A stretch of 63,692 nucleotides of DNA, counting the filler, from Octopus bimaculoides (taxonomy: Eukaryota), in NCBI RefSeq assembly GCF_001194135.2. It is 5 parts of 4 records of this genome, joined end to end, with 100 filler letters (N's around TTAATTAATTAA, not from the genome) between each part and the next. Parts side by side here need not be neighbours in the genome. Positions count along the whole stretch, not along the records: positions 24,568 to 50,840 come from NC_068993.1; 4 more parts are not named here. The stretch is one strand, 5' to 3'. The notes under the pieces were generated by a model. That model did not search any database. It saw only the letters and a program-made list of their open reading frames with translations, and was not told the DNA's origin. This document shows positions 24,524-38,610 of this stretch, in pieces. Each line of letters opens with the position of its first letter. Within the stretch, counting starts at the first letter, position 1. Made by a program: the position numbers and the translations under genes.

Positions 24524-24567
24524 NNNNNNNNNNNNNNNNNNNNNNNNNNNNNNNNNNNNNNNNNNNN

Positions 24568-24650
<83 letters not shown>

Positions 24651-25427
24651 TATTGTACATACATACATATATGTATATGTACGTACATACATATATATGT
24701 GTGTGTGTGTGTATACTACACACACGTTCTTTGTAGCGATGTATCCAATGCATCTCAAATGTCAATTCAGTTATAAATAGTAGTTCAAAGTACACAGGAT
24801 TAAAAAGCCCCTTGGATGGAGATAGGGTTACAAAAAGCAGAGTACCACTTATGGGAGTCAAACCACCCATCTACTGTAATCCAGTGATCTTACTTTTACA
24901 CCAAATTCAATTTCCAACCTCCATGTACCAAAATTAGACATTGTAATCTCGCAAGCGTAAAAGCAAGTTTGTTTATATTTCTAACGTACATACGAGGTGC
25001 GTTCAAAAAATATCTGACTTTATTTTTTCCTGCCAAAACTAATGATGTGCCATCAAAACCCTTTGGATGGGAGGTGATGCTGCCCTTCCTGTGCGTGCAT
25101 GAACATTTTTGAACTGGTAGGACATGTCAGTTTATAGCCATTATGCCTAGAATACAAGTGGAGGCACAATGGCTGATAGTTAGCAAGGTGAGACACACAT
25201 AAGAAAGAAAGCAAAGGACCCCTAATGAGGTCACAGAAGTGTGACGAAAGAACTCTGGCCGAAATAAGATTAATGTAATATAATGTAATATAAAGCTGAA
25301 GCAAATTAACACCAAATATACAGTGCGCGTATTTTTATTGGCTAAACTGGCAATATGACCATCCCCAAGTACAACAACATCTGTTTCAACACACGATTTC
25401 ACATCAAAAATCTTGCAAAACAAACAA

Positions 25428-25459
<32 letters not shown>

Positions 25460-26764
25460 TTGTGTGTCTGTGTTTGTCCCCCCACCATCGCTTGNNNNNN
25501 NNNNNNNNNNNNNNNNNNNNNNNNNNNNNNNNNNNNNNNNNNNNNNNNNNNNNNNNNNNNNNNNNNNNNNNNNNNNNNNNNNNNNNNNNNNNNNNNNNNN
25601 NNNNNNNNNNNNNNNNNNNNNNNNNNNNNNNNNNNNNNNNNNNNNNNNNNNNNNNNNNNNNNNNNNNNNNNNNNNNNNNNNNNCAAGTAAAAGAGCCAAA
25701 TGTTGTGCTGGCAGCCTATCTTTATTGTGATTGGTCAATCCATTTTTAATCTGACTGAATTCTATCTAACGTTGCATTTTGTTGATTCCAACTACAATGG
25801 GAATTGCATTGAGCATTGAGTTTGAAATTCCAAAAAACCCAGGAATACTGACTGACTAAACAGGTTAAATCAGCAAAACATGAGCAAGGACTCAAAATAA
25901 AATACAAAAAAAAAAAAAAAAAACCAGGAAAAGTTAAAGAAGATTTTATGAAATGACTTGATTCACCACAGGTTCCCAAGTAATTAAAATCAGAAATAAT
26001 TAATGTGGGAAGGTCGAGAAGGGATTGTCTGACTTGATCTTAGGCAGACAAAGCCAAACATATTTCGGTCTAATTATTTCTTTTGACAGGAATGAATAAA
26101 CATTAAGAATAAAATAAACATATAATTGAAAGGCAAGCAAAACATTTTAAGAACAAATTAAATGAAAATTAAAGAAACATTTTACAGACTGTTAATTTTA
26201 ATTTAACGAATAAACATTGTTGATAGAGAGCTATGACTTCTTAGAGACTGGCAGGGCTGGGCAAGGTTTGTGAAAATTCACAACAGCAACAACAGGAATT
26301 TAGAATGGGAGAACAGTAATTGATGCTGTTGAGTAGATATGAGGAAATGGCAGGTGTTTCATGTGACATTTGATTAAATTATTCAAAGGTAGACAGCTTG
26401 AAATCAACAATCAGAGAAATTCGATACTTTGCGAGGAAGATGGTGGTAGTGGTGGTGGTGGTTTAGATAGGAGGTAGCCAAGGACAACAAAGAACACTTT
26501 TATCTACACCACTACCACCACCACCACTACCATCACCACCATCATCATCATCATGTGAAAATCATGCTATGTCCAGTTTCAGCATTGGCTAGTTTGTGTT
26601 ATGAAAATTCAGGTTAGCATCAACTATCTGATATCTTTTACTTGTTTCAAAGTGTTTTAGTCAAACATTTCGACATATTCTTTTAAGCCCAATCCTTATT
26701 CTATTAGCCAAACTAAGTTACATGGATGTAAACAAACCAAGCGGCAAGGGACAAAGACACAGCG

Positions 26765-26797
<33 letters not shown>

Positions 26798-26800
<3 letters not shown>

Positions 26801-26929
26801 CGCAGGAGTGGCTGTGTGGTAAGTAGCTTGTTTACCAACCACATGGTTCCGGGTTCAGTCCTACTGCGTGCTACCTTGGGCAAGTGTCTTCTACTATAGC
26901 CTCGGGCTGACCAAAGCCGTGTGAGTGGA
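26798..26929 (+). mobile_element. Representative copy of an abundant tRNA-head SINE (aggcgcaggagtggctgtgtggtaag...)
   Basis: Pol III box-like head. The same sequence recurs more than 10 times in both orientations (e.g. near 4650, 10260, 18310, 20870, 27140, 28930, 40350, 43430, 45890, 59660, 61650). Confidence 0.88.
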
Positions 26930-27632
26930 CTGTGGCCATGTTGGGGCAGCACTTTCAAAGGTTAAATCAAACAAATTGACCCTAGTACTTATGTTTTTTT
27001 AAAGACTGCTACTTATTCTGTTGGTAACTTTTGCCAAACTGGTAAGTTATTGGGCTGTAAACAAACCAACACTGGTTATCTAGTGATGGTGGTAGTGGTG
27101 GGAACAAACACAAACACCCACCAACACATGTACACACACAATGGGGCTTCCACACAGGTTCCGTCTACTTAATTCACTTACAAAGCATGGGGTTGTAAAA
27201 GAAGACACTTGCCCTTGGTGCCATGCAGTGGGACTGAACCAGAAACCACATGGATGCAAAGCAAGCTTCTTAACCTCACAGCCACATACATATGTACATA
27301 CATACATACAGACAGACAGACAAACAGACAAGCAATTCTCATTCAACATTGTATCATTATAATGTTGAGAAATATAATAAAAACCAAACACTGTGAAAAA
27401 ATATTAATTAACAAAGTGTAAATCTCTCATCTGAAGTTTTGGTGGATTTTATTTTTCCTTCCTTTCTTTTGTCACCTGTTACATTTTTCAATATATATAT
27501 GTATATATATATATATATATTCACATTCATATATATATATATATATAAAGAATAAGCTTCAGTGAACAAAGATCATAATCGTTCAACATACGTTTTTCTT
27601 TATATCTCACGAATGTCAATACGATACGATCT

Positions 27633-27676
27633 TTATGTCTGTGCTGTTTGCTTTATGGAGATGTAATTCCTTTCAG
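27633..27676 (-). CDS. Gene 3 candidate terminal exon, (A)ERNYISIKQTAQT*
   Basis: Long pyrimidine tract and ttgttgtag|CT, phase-1 join. An alternative terminal exon near 25860 cannot be excluded. Confidence 0.45.
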
Positions 27677-28797
27677 CTACAACAATATTTGAAGCACATA
27701 AAATGTACAATGGAAAGTAGAGGAAATTGTATTTAAGAGACACAATTCAAATTAATAGACTTTAAATGTTCCTGTCGAACACAAAAAAATGTTCCCCTTT
27801 TGCCACTGAAAAGTTACTTTCCTGCAAGCCTTTTGAGCTTTGATAATTTTAATCAGTCTGAATAATAGGTGCAGGTGTGGCTGTGTGGTAAGAGGCTTGC
27901 TTCCCAACCATGTGCTCCTGAGTTCAGTCCCACTGCTAGCCTGACGATGATGATTACAGCTTGCTCTTATCTACGTTTGTTTATTTTTACTTGTTCTTTT
28001 ATCTTTTGTTTCAGTCATTACACTGTGGCTATGCTGGGGCACTGCTTGGAAGAGTCTTTTTTTTTTCAGCTGAATGAATCGACTCTGGTACTTTTTTTTT
28101 TTAAAGCCTGGTACTTATTCTATCAGCAGTTCAACGAAAGTAACTAAGTTACAGGGACATTAACATGCCAACACTGGTTATCAGGAGGTGATGGAGAATA
28201 AACACCGACACAAACACACATAAATACATACAAAGACACACATACAACAGGCTTCTTTCAGTTTCCGTCTACCAAATCCACTCACAAGGCTTTGGTTGGC
28301 CCAAGGCTATAGTAGAAAACACTTGTCCAAGAGAGAGAGAAAGAGAGGGCAGATGTGTGTGTTTTGGGAGCTTGGTTAGATTTTTTTTTCTCTCTCTCTA
28401 ACCAAACCTCCAAAAATTCACCACAGACACATCTAGATTCAAAATAACAAAGAACATTCTCTTCCCAATTCATCTCCAGATTTTCTCAACTCACTCACAG
28501 ACATATATGTAAAAGGCATGAATTTTCTGTAAATAAATCATTCATGAAGAACATCTCAAAAAGAGATGAAAGTGCTAAAAGTGTTATGCAACTATTAATT
28601 TTTTTTGCTTAGGATCCCAGGTCTGATAGAGATAAGGTTGACCAATATTCCATTTAATTTGCCTGAAAATGCAACTTTTCTTTCTTTCTGTTGTACCATT
28701 CTTTCCACCTGCTACCAAAGAACAAAATCCAACAAAAACATTCCTAAATAGACAAATAAAGAATAAAATGAAATAAAAATATCTGTAACAGTCCTAC

Positions 28798-28884
28798 CTT
28801 CTATTTTAAGCAGTTCGTATGCCTCTCTCCGTCCTAAGAAAAATCCAAGATGAAATTCTAAAGGTTCTGTGATGGAATCAGGAT
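28798..28884 (-). CDS. Gene 3 probable exon, (D)PDSITEPLEFHLGFFLGRREAYELLKIE, phase 1-1
   Basis: Acceptor ttccgtttttag|AT, donor AAG|gtagga, 87-nt open frame. Confidence 0.7.
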
Positions 28885-30346
28885 CTAAAAACGGAAAAAA
28901 ATTAAAATATAAAAATAGGTTCAAACATGGCTATGGGATTGAGAAGTTTGGTTTCCGACCACGTGGTTTCAGGTTCAGTCCCACTGTATGGTACGTTGGG
29001 CAAATGTCTTCTACTATAGCCCCAGGATGATCTCACCCTTGTGAAAGAACTTGGTAGACAGCAGTACCTGTAATTAACTCAACAAACTGAGATAGGTAGA
29101 GTCAGATAAAAACAAAAAGCGCAGGTGTGGCTGTGTGGTTAAAAAGTTTACTCCCTGACTACATGGTGTCAGGTTCAGTTCCAAAGCATGGCTTTGGGCA
29201 AGCTAGATAAAGCTTTGTGAAATAATCTGGTAGATGGAAACTAAAAGACGCCCCGTGTGTGACCACATCTCTCTCTATCTCTCTCTCTCTGTGTTTTGAC
29301 ATTGCATGATAGTTGTAAATGAATGTCACTGTCATACAAGCAGTGTCATTTATTTCCAACATTCTGTGGAAACATGTCGGGCCATGGAGAAATATTATTT
29401 TGCATGGAAACAGTTGAGAGTTAGTGACAGGAAGGGCATCCATCTGTAAAAAAATTACCCCAATATACTCCAATTGACCCATGCAAGCATGGAAAGGCAA
29501 ACATTAAAATGATGATGATGAATTTTCATTTAACACTTTGTTATCATATTTCTGTTAACACATACTACCTTGTTTCAAATTATTTTAAAAATAATGGAAA
29601 ACTTGGGAACAAATTTTTTTCTCATTATTAAGCTGGTGCCTGGAGCAAATTGACATAAGAATTTTGGCAGAAGATTATAATTTAGATCACTTAAAAACAA
29701 ATTTGCGTCATAGAACCTGGGGCAGTGTCAGGTAAGGTTGCTATCAAGGGGGTTAAATTAAGTTTCCATCGTATGAAAATGAGATCTGTTGTTGGTCATT
29801 GAGGTTCAAGCAAGTAAACTGTTTCTCTAAGATAGTGTAGTTTTTACCTGACATCCACAATGTATTGAGTGACAGTTGTATCTCGTTAAATGATCATAAT
29901 ATATGTAGTTAGTGGTTGAGCACTAATATTCTACCTGCACAGTAAACTATGCCTTGTTGGATAATATTTAATTACAAGCTAGATTTGTCTGCAATAGTTC
30001 AATGACTTCATTATAGCAATCTCAATTTTCATTGTTCCAACCTCACAATTCCATACCAAAATATTTATACAATATTCCTATTCCAGAGTTAATGAACAAC
30101 ATACACACAGACACACACATGTGCATATGCAAACACGAAGACACACAAACACACACACACACGTACATATGCATAGATACATGCAAAAGCAGACGTACAT
30201 ATGCACTGACGATTTAATCTTTGGTGAAATATAATTGCCTTGGATCCAAATATTTGTCTTTCTTCAGAGCTTCAATTAATGGAAATAGTTGAAACCTTTC
30301 ACTTGCAAAAATTTTCTACATTTTTACACCAAAAGAAAACAGACAC

Positions 30347-30408
30347 CTTCCCAACATCACCACCACCACTGAAGTCTGTTTTAAAGCCAAAAGTTTTACA
30401 AGACCTAG
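30347..30408 (-). CDS. Gene 3 probable exon, (A)RSCKTFGFKTDFSGGGDVGK, phase 1-0
   Basis: Good acceptor ctatgatttgtag|CT and an in-frame join from 37398. The donor AAG|gtgtct is weak, so the 3' boundary is uncertain. Confidence 0.55.
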
Positions 30409-31259
30409 CTACAAATCATAGGAAGTTTGAAAAATTTCAGAACAAAGCATGAATAGAAAGATAAATGATTTGTACCAACAACAACAAATATTTTAATCCT
30501 AACTGTACAAGTACCGAGTGCACTCAGTTTCATGCATGCACACTCAAAATGCAGGAACCAAATTTACTCGTTTTTTTGATAGTGAGGTACTTTCAGAAAG
30601 CTCCCACATTTCATATGACATAGTACATACATTTCATTTTTACTGGTCCATAGAAAATAGGTTCTAAGAACTGATGTGCATATGATTAGCATGTTACATC
30701 ACTAGCAAAACTTTGATTAGCACAGGAAGGGTTAAGGCCATTTTCCCCTACTGAAGTGGGCTTAACCTTGCAAACCACATGATGAGGATGATGATAAACA
30801 TGATGATGAGGAGGATGTATATATGTTAGCTAAGCCACTTCTGAAAAGCTTCAAAGTTAATATCATTATCATCATGTAATGTCCATTTTCCATGCTGGCA
30901 TGAGTTGGACCGTGGGGAGAAGCCACCCCCACTACATACAAGCGTTACCAAGATGGTTTTACAGATATTATTTCTGCTGTCCCTTATACATATGGTTTAA
31001 AGAGACAGAAATAGATGTATAGAAAGTTNNNNNNNNNNNNNNNNNNNNNNNNNNNNNNNNNNNNNNNNNNNNNNNNNNNNNNNNNNNNNNNNNNNNNNNN
31101 NNNNNNNNNNNNNNNNNNNNNNNNNNNNNNNNNNNNNNNNNNNNNNNNNNNNNNNNNNNNNNNNNNNNNNNNNNNNNNNNNNNNNNNNNNNNNNNNNNNN
31201 NNNNNNNNNNNNNNNNNNNNNNNNNNNNNNNNNNNNNNNNNNNNNNNNNNNNNNNNNNN

Positions 31260-31334
<75 letters not shown>

Positions 31335-32740
31335 AACGGACAGACAGAGTTAGACAGGTATACAGAAAAATAGATAGATAGCATTATTAAGTGTACAGCA
31401 AATCATGAAAGCAATTTAACAATAGGATTTACTGACGGAGAAATTATGTATTAATAGTCAATCGAAAATGTTGCCAAAGGCTGGAATCTTAAAAGGGTTA
31501 ACTGATTGTCAACATGATTTATACAAATCAGTAGAGATATATGTAATAGCTAATTTATAACTGTTTCCAGCAGCTATCAGATTGAAAAGGATTAACATAG
31601 TGACAACAGGATTTACATTATAATAGTGGCTACCAGCAAAACAATGAAAGACTAAAAAAAATTACTCCTGAACAGCAAGGCTGCTGTTAACAACACAATT
31701 ACAGCAGCTATCATTTGTAAGACTCAGGTAATATTAAATGGTTCTTTTCTTAGCCTTTACCCACTTGGTCATAAAATAGACATTGTACTTTCAGATTCTG
31801 GTATAAAGACAGACAGGTTATCATCAACATCATCATTCTAACGTCTACTTTTCCATGCTTGCATGGAGCAGACGGAGTTTGTTGAGGAAGATTTTCTTCA
31901 GTTGGATGCTGTTCTTGTTGCCAACTCTCAACTGTTTCCCAAGCAAGGTAATATTTCCCCATGGCCAGACATGTTTTTTATGGATGATTTGAAACAAGCA
32001 CCATTTGTATGACAGTAACACTCACAACTTTTCATGTATTGTCAAGACAAGGAGACACACACACATCATCATCATCATTTAATGTCCATTGTCCATGCTG
32101 GCATGGGTTGCACAGTTTGACTGGGCTGGCACACTGGAAGGTTACACCAGGCTCCAGTCTGATTTGCCATGGTTTGATTTGACTGGCAAGAAAGCCAGTC
32201 AGGCGGTACTGGCAACAGCCACGCTCAAAATGGTGTATTTTATGTGCCACCTGCACAAGAGCCAGTCCAGCGGCACAAACCCTTTGGTCATGAATGACCA
32301 TGGGATTGCACCTAGAAAGTTACCCTCCAAGGCACAAGTCCGGGCAAGGTTGTTTATGGAAGACCAGCAGTCGCCCATGCATACCGGCCTTTCCTCTCCA
32401 AGCCACCGATGTTATCCAAAGGGAACGGCAAAGGCCAATACAGCTTGGCACCAGTGACGTCGCAACTCATTTCTACAGATGAGTAAACTGGAGCAACATG
32501 AAATGAAGTGTCTTGCTCAAGGACACAACACGCAGCCCGGTCCAGGAATCAAACTCACAACGTTATGATTGCGAGCCAACACTCTCACCACTGAGCCATG
32601 TGCCTTCACACACACTCACACATATATATGTATGTAGTTGGTGTAGTAGTACTGGTAGTGTCTGGAGCAAATGGAAGAATGGTGAGGAGTACTGAGTATA
32701 TTTAAACAGAAGCACAGAAATGAAACAACAACAATAAACA

Positions 32741-32782
<42 letters not shown>

Positions 32783-33122
32783 TACAGTGTTGAACTGATG
32801 TAATCTGAATGAGAATTGGGACTTATTGTAATATATTTTAGTTACACAAGCAAAACTAACAATAATAAACTAACAACTGCTTCACTCTTTCTCCTTTTCT
32901 CTTTGTCTCTCTTCAGAAGATGTTGGCAGATTTTCTTTCTTTTCTTTCTAATTTTCTATGTAACTGTAATGAGGTCCCTAGCCATAGGGGTATCACCCAC
33001 GGAGGGGTGGGATATTTGCAAGGTTGGTAGAGGAAAAGTAAAGAGAAAAAAATACATACATACACACAAAATATATACATACATACATACATACATATAC
33101 ATACATATACATACATATACAT

Positions 33123-33167
<45 letters not shown>

Positions 33168-33177
33168 NNNNNNNNNN

Positions 33178-33237
<60 letters not shown>

Positions 33238-33358
33238 CATATACACACAAACATATATATATATATATATATATACACCTATATAAATATATATACATAC
33301 ATAAATACATATATATATATATATACACATATATGCACATACATATATACATGAATAC

Positions 33359-33399
<41 letters not shown>

Positions 33400-33502
33400 T
33401 ATATATACACACATAAATAGACACACAATATATACACACACACACACACATAACCAAATACTCACAATATACCTATGTGTGTGTGTAATAATAATAATGA
33501 TG

Positions 33503-33555
<53 letters not shown>

Positions 33556-33839
33556 TCTGTCCATTTTTCCAAGCTGGCATGCTTTGGATGGTCCCAAGTC
33601 TCACCACCCGCTGTAATTTTCATTATCTAGCACACACACACACACACACATGCACACGCACGCACACACACACAAAGAGGGAAAAAACCCATTCTCTTGT
33701 GTAAGTCGTAACTTTTGGTGCGTTGGTATGTGTATGCATTTATGTACAAATGTATGAGTTTGTGTCTGTGAATGAATAAATTTAAGTGTGTTTGTGTGTG
33801 TGTGGAGACAGTCAGATATATTTGCATAAACCCAAATAC

Positions 33840-34403
33840 ACCGAAAGAGAATGAGAGACAGAAAGAACAAGAGAGATGAAGGCAGCAAAGCATCAAGGGG
33901 AGGGAAGGGGGAGAGAGAGAGAGAGAGAGAGAATATGGAGGTGGGAGAAAAGGAGAGGTGAGGAAGATGGTGAAGAGGAAGAATAAAGAGTGTGGGAGGG
34001 AGAGAGTGGGAAACAAAGGAAAGAGAAAGAGAAATAAAGAAGGAAAAAAGTAAAGAAAGAGAGAAGGAAAATGAGAAAATGAAAAGCAGAGAGTGAGGAT
34101 AGAGAATGAGACATTTGGGTAGTTAGAAAGATAGAGAGAGGGGGGGGGGAAGAAGAAAGGGATATAGAGTGAAGAGAGGGAGAGAGAGAATGTGTGAGAA
34201 AAAGAGATTGTGTGTGTGTATGAGAGGGAGAGAGAGAGAAAGGGAGAGAGGGAGAGGTAGGGAAAACAGGAAAGGGATATAAAGTGAAGAGAGAGAGAGG
34301 ATATGTGTGAGAAAAAAGAGATTGTGTGTGAGAGAGGGAGAGAGAGAGAGAGAGAGACAGAGAGACTGTGTTATATGTTCATGAAAGAAAGAGGGAGATT
34401 GTA

Positions 34404-34444
<41 letters not shown>

Positions 34445-34580
34445 ACGAAGAAAAGGAAAAAAAGAAGGTAGGAAAATGGAATAAAAAAGAGAAAGAGAAG
34501 TATAAAAGATTTATAAATAAGGAAAGAGAGAAAGAAAGTGGGGGTGTAAGAAGATAGAACGAGAGAGAGAGAGAGAGCCT
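33840..34580 (+). repeat. Purine-rich (GA) low-complexity tract
   Basis: GA/GAA-dominated sequence; the long ORFs here are artefacts. Confidence 0.95.
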
Positions 34581-34964
34581 TATATGAGTGGATACAGGTA
34601 TGTCCAAAAGTAGACAGAGGTAGGGATGGCTGTGTCCGAAAGGGGATCCTGTTTCCACAGAGGATGGGGGAGAGCTGGTGAGGATAAATATTTCCCATTC
34701 CAGTACATCATCAATAGATTCCAAATGAGACCCCCCACCCCCACCACCCTGCTCCTTTCCTTCACAATTCACGGATAAATACAAACTGAGTAAATCCTGG
34801 AAGGAGTTCTTAGTATTTTTTCCCAAGAATTCTCCAAGAGAACAATAAACCCCAGCAGAGCGTAATCAAGGGAGGCTTTAAACGCAAGGGGGAAACAGGG
34901 TTTTGTCTCATTCGTGCATACAGAGCCCCCCCACCCTTCATTTATTTGTTTGTTTCCACCATTT

Positions 34965-35815
34965 ATGATGATGATGATGATGATGATGAGTGAGAGCTGG
35001 TGGTGGTGATTGAGATGATGATGATAGTGATGGCGGTAGTGGTGAAGGTGGTGGTGGTAGTGGAGGTAGTAGTGGCGATCATGATGGTGGTAGTGGTGAT
35101 AGTGAGGGTAGTAGTGGTGGTAGTAATGGTGGTAGTGGTGGTAGTAATGGTGGTAGTGGTGGTGGTAATGGTGGTGGTGGTGGTAGTAATTGTGGTGGTG
35201 GTGGTAGTAATGGTGGTGGTGGTGGTAGTGGTAGTGAAGGTGGTGACGGTGGTAATGGTAGTAGTGGTGGTGGCGATGGTGGTAGTTATGGTGGTGGTGA
35301 CGGTGGTAGTGGTGATGGTGGTAGCGATCGAAGATGTTGATGGTGGTGGTAGTGGTGGTGGTGATGATGATGATGATAATAGTGGTGGTGCTGGTGATGG
35401 TGTGGTAGTGATGGTGGTGGTGAAGGTGATGATGGTGATGGTGGTGAGGTTGGTGATGGTGGTGTGGTAGTGGCGATGGTGGTAGTGGTAGTGAAGGTGA
35501 TGGTGGTGGTGATGGTGGTAGAGGTTGTGATAGTGGTGGTGGTAGAAGTAGTGGTGGTGGTGGTAGAAGTAGTGGTGGTGCTGCCAACATTGGGTCAGAA
35601 GTGGTGATGGCAGTACTGAAAGTAGAGGCAATGATGACGATGACAATTTTTGTGGTAGTAGTGCCGGTGTTGACAGAGGGTGATAGTGACGATGATGATA
35701 GTGGTGCAGGTGATGCTGCTTACACTCAAGATGGAAGTGATGGTGATGTGGTGGTGGTGCTATAGTTACTGACAGCAGAGATGATGATGATGATGACGAT
35801 GATGATGATGATGAT
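34965..35815 (+). repeat. Degenerate (GGT)n/(GAT)n trinucleotide array
   Basis: Directly visible; source of the poly-His, poly-Thr and poly-Val ORFs. Confidence 0.95.
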
Positions 35816-37397
35816 TACAGTGATTCATGATAGAGAATCAGGAAGAAGGACAACCAAACCAGTGGAATACAAGAAATGGCCGTTATTGTAAAATTGGTTT
35901 CCTTCTCAAAAGAAATTCTGCAGAGTTAAGACTTTTTTTCTAAAACCCCTGAGAGACCATACTTGGTTTGCAACCAAACAAGAGCAACATCAACAACATT
36001 AGAAATATTTATTGATTAATTTATTTATGTTTTTTTTAAAATTTTTGTACAGAAAATAAATGAATGAAAATTGGATTTATGATATAATAACAGCATAATG
36101 TGGAACCACAGTTAACTACAGATATAGAATAATAGAAGAACAGCAAACTGGTCGAGGGGTTTAGGGTTCAGAGTTGTATGACATCATCAGAGCCAAGACA
36201 GTTCCCGCTCAAAAGCCAGTCTAATTACTGACATCACTATCGTTCAACGTTCACTTTTCCACGCTTGCATGGGTGAGACAGAATTTGTGAAGGCAGATTT
36301 GCTAGGTTAGATGTCTGCCTTGTTGCCAATCCTCACACGCTTCTAAGCAAGGTAATATTTCCCCCAAAGTTGAACATATTTCCATGGAAGATTGGGGGGG
36401 GGGGGAAACACCACTTGAATTATGACAAAAAAAAAAAAGCGCCCATCACATACAGTAGAGTTGCTGGGTTTACAAAGGATTTCCGGCCATAGAAACCAAG
36501 CTAAACATGAATCATAATCCTAGAGGTGCCATGCAGCAGGGCTGAACCCCAAGACGACAAACTTCTTAACTACAAGTAAGCTTCTTAAGTACACAGCCAT
36601 ACCTGCATCTATTCCTCCTCTTCATCATCAATTTGAGTCTGTTTTCCATGCTGGCATGGACTGGACAGTTTGACAGAAGCTGACAAGGTCAGGGTCGGGA
36701 GGACATCAGATTCCATAGTCTGATTTATGATATTAGGCACCCATGCCAACGTCATCTCCTTCATTGGAAACGAAACTAGGCTTGCGAAGACCTGCTGGGG
36801 CAAGTGAAAGCGAAATCGTGATGGTCCCTGTGCCCAGCATCGCCTTCCTGGCACTTGTAAAGACGTTCGAGCGAGATCGTTGCCAGTGCTGCCGAACTGG
36901 CTCTTGTGCAGGTGGCACGTAAAATACACCATTTGAGCGTGGCCGTTGCCAGTACCGCCTGACTGGCCTTCGTGCCGGTGGTACGTAAAAGCACCCACTA
37001 CACTTTCGGAGTGGTTGGCGTTAGGAAGGGCATCCAGCTGTAGAAACTCNNNNNNNNNNTGCCGGTGGTACGTAAAAGCACCCACTACACTTTCGGAGTG
37101 GTTGGCGTTAGGAAGGGCATCCAGCTGTAGAAACTCTGCCAAATCAGATTGGAGCCTGTTGTAGCCATCTGGTTTCACCAGTCCTCAGTCAAATCGTCCA
37201 ACCCATGCTAGCATGGAAAGTGGACGATAAACGACGATGATGATGATGATAACATAGATTATATAATAAACTGGAACAAATAAATAAATACAAATGGGTG
37301 ATAGTAGAGAAGAGCAAGAACAGAAATCGTAACGGAGCAGCTGAATACCAGAATTCTGAGAACCAGTCAGATTCAAAACTAACCAGTTTTTTCTTAC

Positions 37398-37477
37398 CGT
37401 TTGGTTTTGAACCAAGTGGTGGTAAGCAGTCATCCTTACAATTTTCATTCTGTTCATATTTGTTTCTTGATTTATAC
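37398..37477 (-). CDS. Gene 3 internal exon, (R)YKSRNKYEQNENCKDDCLPPLGSKPN, phase 2-1
   Basis: Acceptor tttgcaacag|G, donor ACG|gtaaga, 80 nt in a phase-consistent frame. Confidence 0.75.
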
Positions 37478-38528
37478 CTGTTGCAAAATGACAACTAAAT
37501 GTTGCACTGTGCACCAGAACTATTAGTGTGCACCAAAAAATAAGGGGGGGGGAGAAATGAATAAAAAAAAATAATCTAGAAAAATGTTTCTAAAATTAGA
37601 AACTAAATTAGAAAGTTATGGAGATTCAAAGATAGAGATAGAATCTGTAGATATTGGAAGAGCTCTTAGTGTGCAACCAACAACTGCATGAACAATTTGC
37701 AGCAATGCCAAAAAGAAAAAAAGGTAAAAAAATTGAAGCATCTGCTCATAAATAAAACACTCCAGTCAGCTGCTACGAAACTAAGAATAGAAGCAACATA
37801 ATGGAGAAATATATCTCTTTATAGTTTTTTTCTATCATGTTTCAGTCACTGGACTGCAGCCATGTTGTGGCACCATCATGAAAAGGTTTTAGTCAAACAA
37901 ATTGACTCAGTGTTTACGTTTTTTTTTTTCAAGTCTAGTACTTCTTATTCTATTGGTCTCATTTGTTGATCGGATAAGTTACAGCGATGTAAACAAACCA
38001 ACACTGGTTATAATATACAGTGGTGGGGACAAATATAAACACACACACACACACATATATATTTGAATTATGCAACAAAAGCAGCTCCATAGTAAAATTC
38101 TTACATAACATACTTCTGGCTTTTCAAAACACATACATGTTAATGTAAGTATGTCATACAGAGAAAGATTCTTTCTTTCTACCTACCTATGCACCTATGC
38201 GCGTATGTACCTACGCATGTACGTATGCACATACATACATACATACATACATACAGAGCAGTTTGTAGAAATACGTTTCGAGCGGAGCTCTTCATCAGAA
38301 ATATAGAAGAAGTCCAAAAAGGGAAGACGGAGAAAGAAAATCGCCAACGATACACACGCGGTCACGTGTGTGTGTGTGTGTTATATATTCATTTGTTCAT
38401 TTCATATCCATATAAACATGCTATCATGGCTTAGACAAATATAGCATCAAGGCATTGTTTTACAGTCAGATACCCTTCCTGTTGTTAACCCTTACCTGTT
38501 CTCTCAAATAAGGGCTCTCTTATTCTAC

Positions 38529-38610
38529 CTGTCATCGAAGATATGAAGACAGCAGATAATATATCCGTCATTCAGTTCCCAAGAGGGACAGCTAGCTATT
38601 CTATTGCTTA
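38529..38610 (-). CDS. Gene 3 internal exon, (V)SNRIASCPSWELNDGYIICCLHIFDD(R), phase 1-2
   Basis: Acceptor cacttcgctag|TA, donor CAG|gtagaa, phases match both neighbours. Confidence 0.75.

Noticed and set aside
25746-25860. Alternative terminal exon for gene 3 (VSQYSWVFWNFK...* or VSIPGFFG...*)
   Set aside because: The phase fits, but the 27676 exon is nearer with a stronger pyrimidine tract. It cannot be resolved without transcripts, so it is not called.
31500-31715. Hydrophobic minus-strand frame MIAAVIVLLTAALLFRSN... extendable by a 1-nt change in a T8 run
   Set aside because: It needs an assumed indel, lacks splice support, and AT-rich DNA often yields hydrophobic frames.
34769-35646. 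Long poly-His/Thr/Val ORFs (273, 227 and 156 aa)
   Set aside because: They are translations of a GGT/GAT trinucleotide array, open in several frames, with no splice or domain support.
36972-37139. Tandem duplication within the RTE-tail element
   Set aside because: The two copies abut a 10-N gap, most likely overlapping contig ends.
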